This document shows, piece by piece, positions 47,533 to 48,240 of a DNA stretch of 48,240 nt; position 1 is the stretch's first letter; the number at the start of each line of letters is the position of its first letter. The notes under the pieces are model-generated. The model saw nothing but the letters and a program-made list of their open reading frames with translations, searched no databases and was not told the origin of the DNA. The DNA comes from an uncultured Lachnospiraceae bacterium (GTDB lineage: Bacteria; Bacillota; Clostridia; Lachnospirales; Lachnospiraceae), in assembly GCA_905233835.1 (NCBI GenBank), contig CAJOGB010000001.1, positions 1-48,240 of the forward strand. The letters run 5' to 3'. Both the position numbers and the translations under genes were made by a program.

Positions 47533-48240
47533 TTAAGCCAAAACGAATGGTTTCTTTGCCTCTTCGATGGCCTGGATTAATTTCTTTTCCATATCCTCTT
47601 CCAAGACCTTCTTTTCACGGATGGACTGCGGAACTTCCGGATATTTTGTCTTTACATGTTCAAAAAGGGCAGATTCAAATTCAAGCACTTTCTCTGTCGG
47701 AATATCCAAAAGATACTTCTGAGTCGCTGCGTAGATAATCATAATCTGATCTTCTACCGGCATTGGCTTGTACTGTGGCTGTTTCAAGATTTCCTGAACT
47801 CTTTCACCCTGTGCCAATGTCTCAGCGGTATCCTTATCAAGTTCGGATCCGAACTGAGCAAATGCTGCCAATTCACGGTACTGAGCAAGCTCGGTACGAA
47901 TTGGAGCTGCAATCTTTTTCATCGCCTTAATCTACGGAAAGACCCGCATTAATCGCCGGGCTCTGGCCTGCATTGAAGGCGTCTGTCTCTAAGTAAATCT
48001 GACCGTCGGTAATGGAAATTACGTTGGTCGGAATGTACGCGGATACGTCACCTGCCTGGGTTTCGATAATCGGTAACGCGGTTAAGGAACCACCACCGAG
48101 TTCATCGGAAAGTCGAGCTGCACGCTCTAACAATCTTGAATGCAGGTAGAATACGTCACCCGGATATGCTTCACGTCCTGGTGGACGACGAAGAAGTAAG
48201 GAAAGTGTACGGTATGCAGTTGCATGCTTACTTAAATCAT
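47533..48240 (-). pseudogene. atpA: F0F1 ATP synthase subunit alpha, C-terminal about 235 codons (continues off the right edge); frame broken at about 47929-47935
   Basis: The upstream frame reads ...[42 protein letters not shown]...[12 protein letters not shown]-stop. The downstream frame reads [32 protein letters not shown]... The conserved SRVGG-x-AQ segment between them is absent. Confidence 0.85.

Overview
This is a chromosomal segment from a low/medium-GC Firmicute. The protein sequences suggest Clostridia, Lachnospiraceae-like, but I inferred that and did not search for it. The left edge carries the 5' end of a 16S rRNA gene on the minus strand, with its promoter/leader region. From 0.4 to 18.9 kb there is a long run of minus-strand housekeeping genes: cvpA-like, glgB, a TPR/AAA+ protein, an AI-2E transporter, an aconitase-family hydratase, gpsA, hydF, hydG, an HD protein, a long-form SRP RNA hidden under an ORF call, a membrane-anchored carboxylesterase and tadA. 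From 19 to 35.6 kb the genes are plus-strand and more accessory: an nrdG-like activase, a GNAT, two minus-strand genes (HIT, flavodoxin-SCP2), a ~1000-aa acidic protein with a FliK-like C-terminus, flagellin, fliS, and then a ten-gene Tad/Flp-type pilus operon. From 35.6 to 48.2 kb the genes are core again: recR, ybaB, dnaX, pfkA, pepD, pgm, greA and atpCDGA. The most interesting element is the monoderm-type Tad locus at 27.0-35.6 kb. It encodes a doubly degenerate TadZ-like protein, three pseudopilin-like proteins (one with a tandem His/Cys module) and a terminal FHA-domain protein. Three reading frames look disrupted: gpsA, atpA and the TPR/AAA+ gene. Two of these look like short 3n+2 deletions that remove conserved motifs, not homopolymer slips. 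I saw no CRISPR array, IS element, integrase or tRNA gene. All homology calls come from motif recognition by eye and no searches were run.
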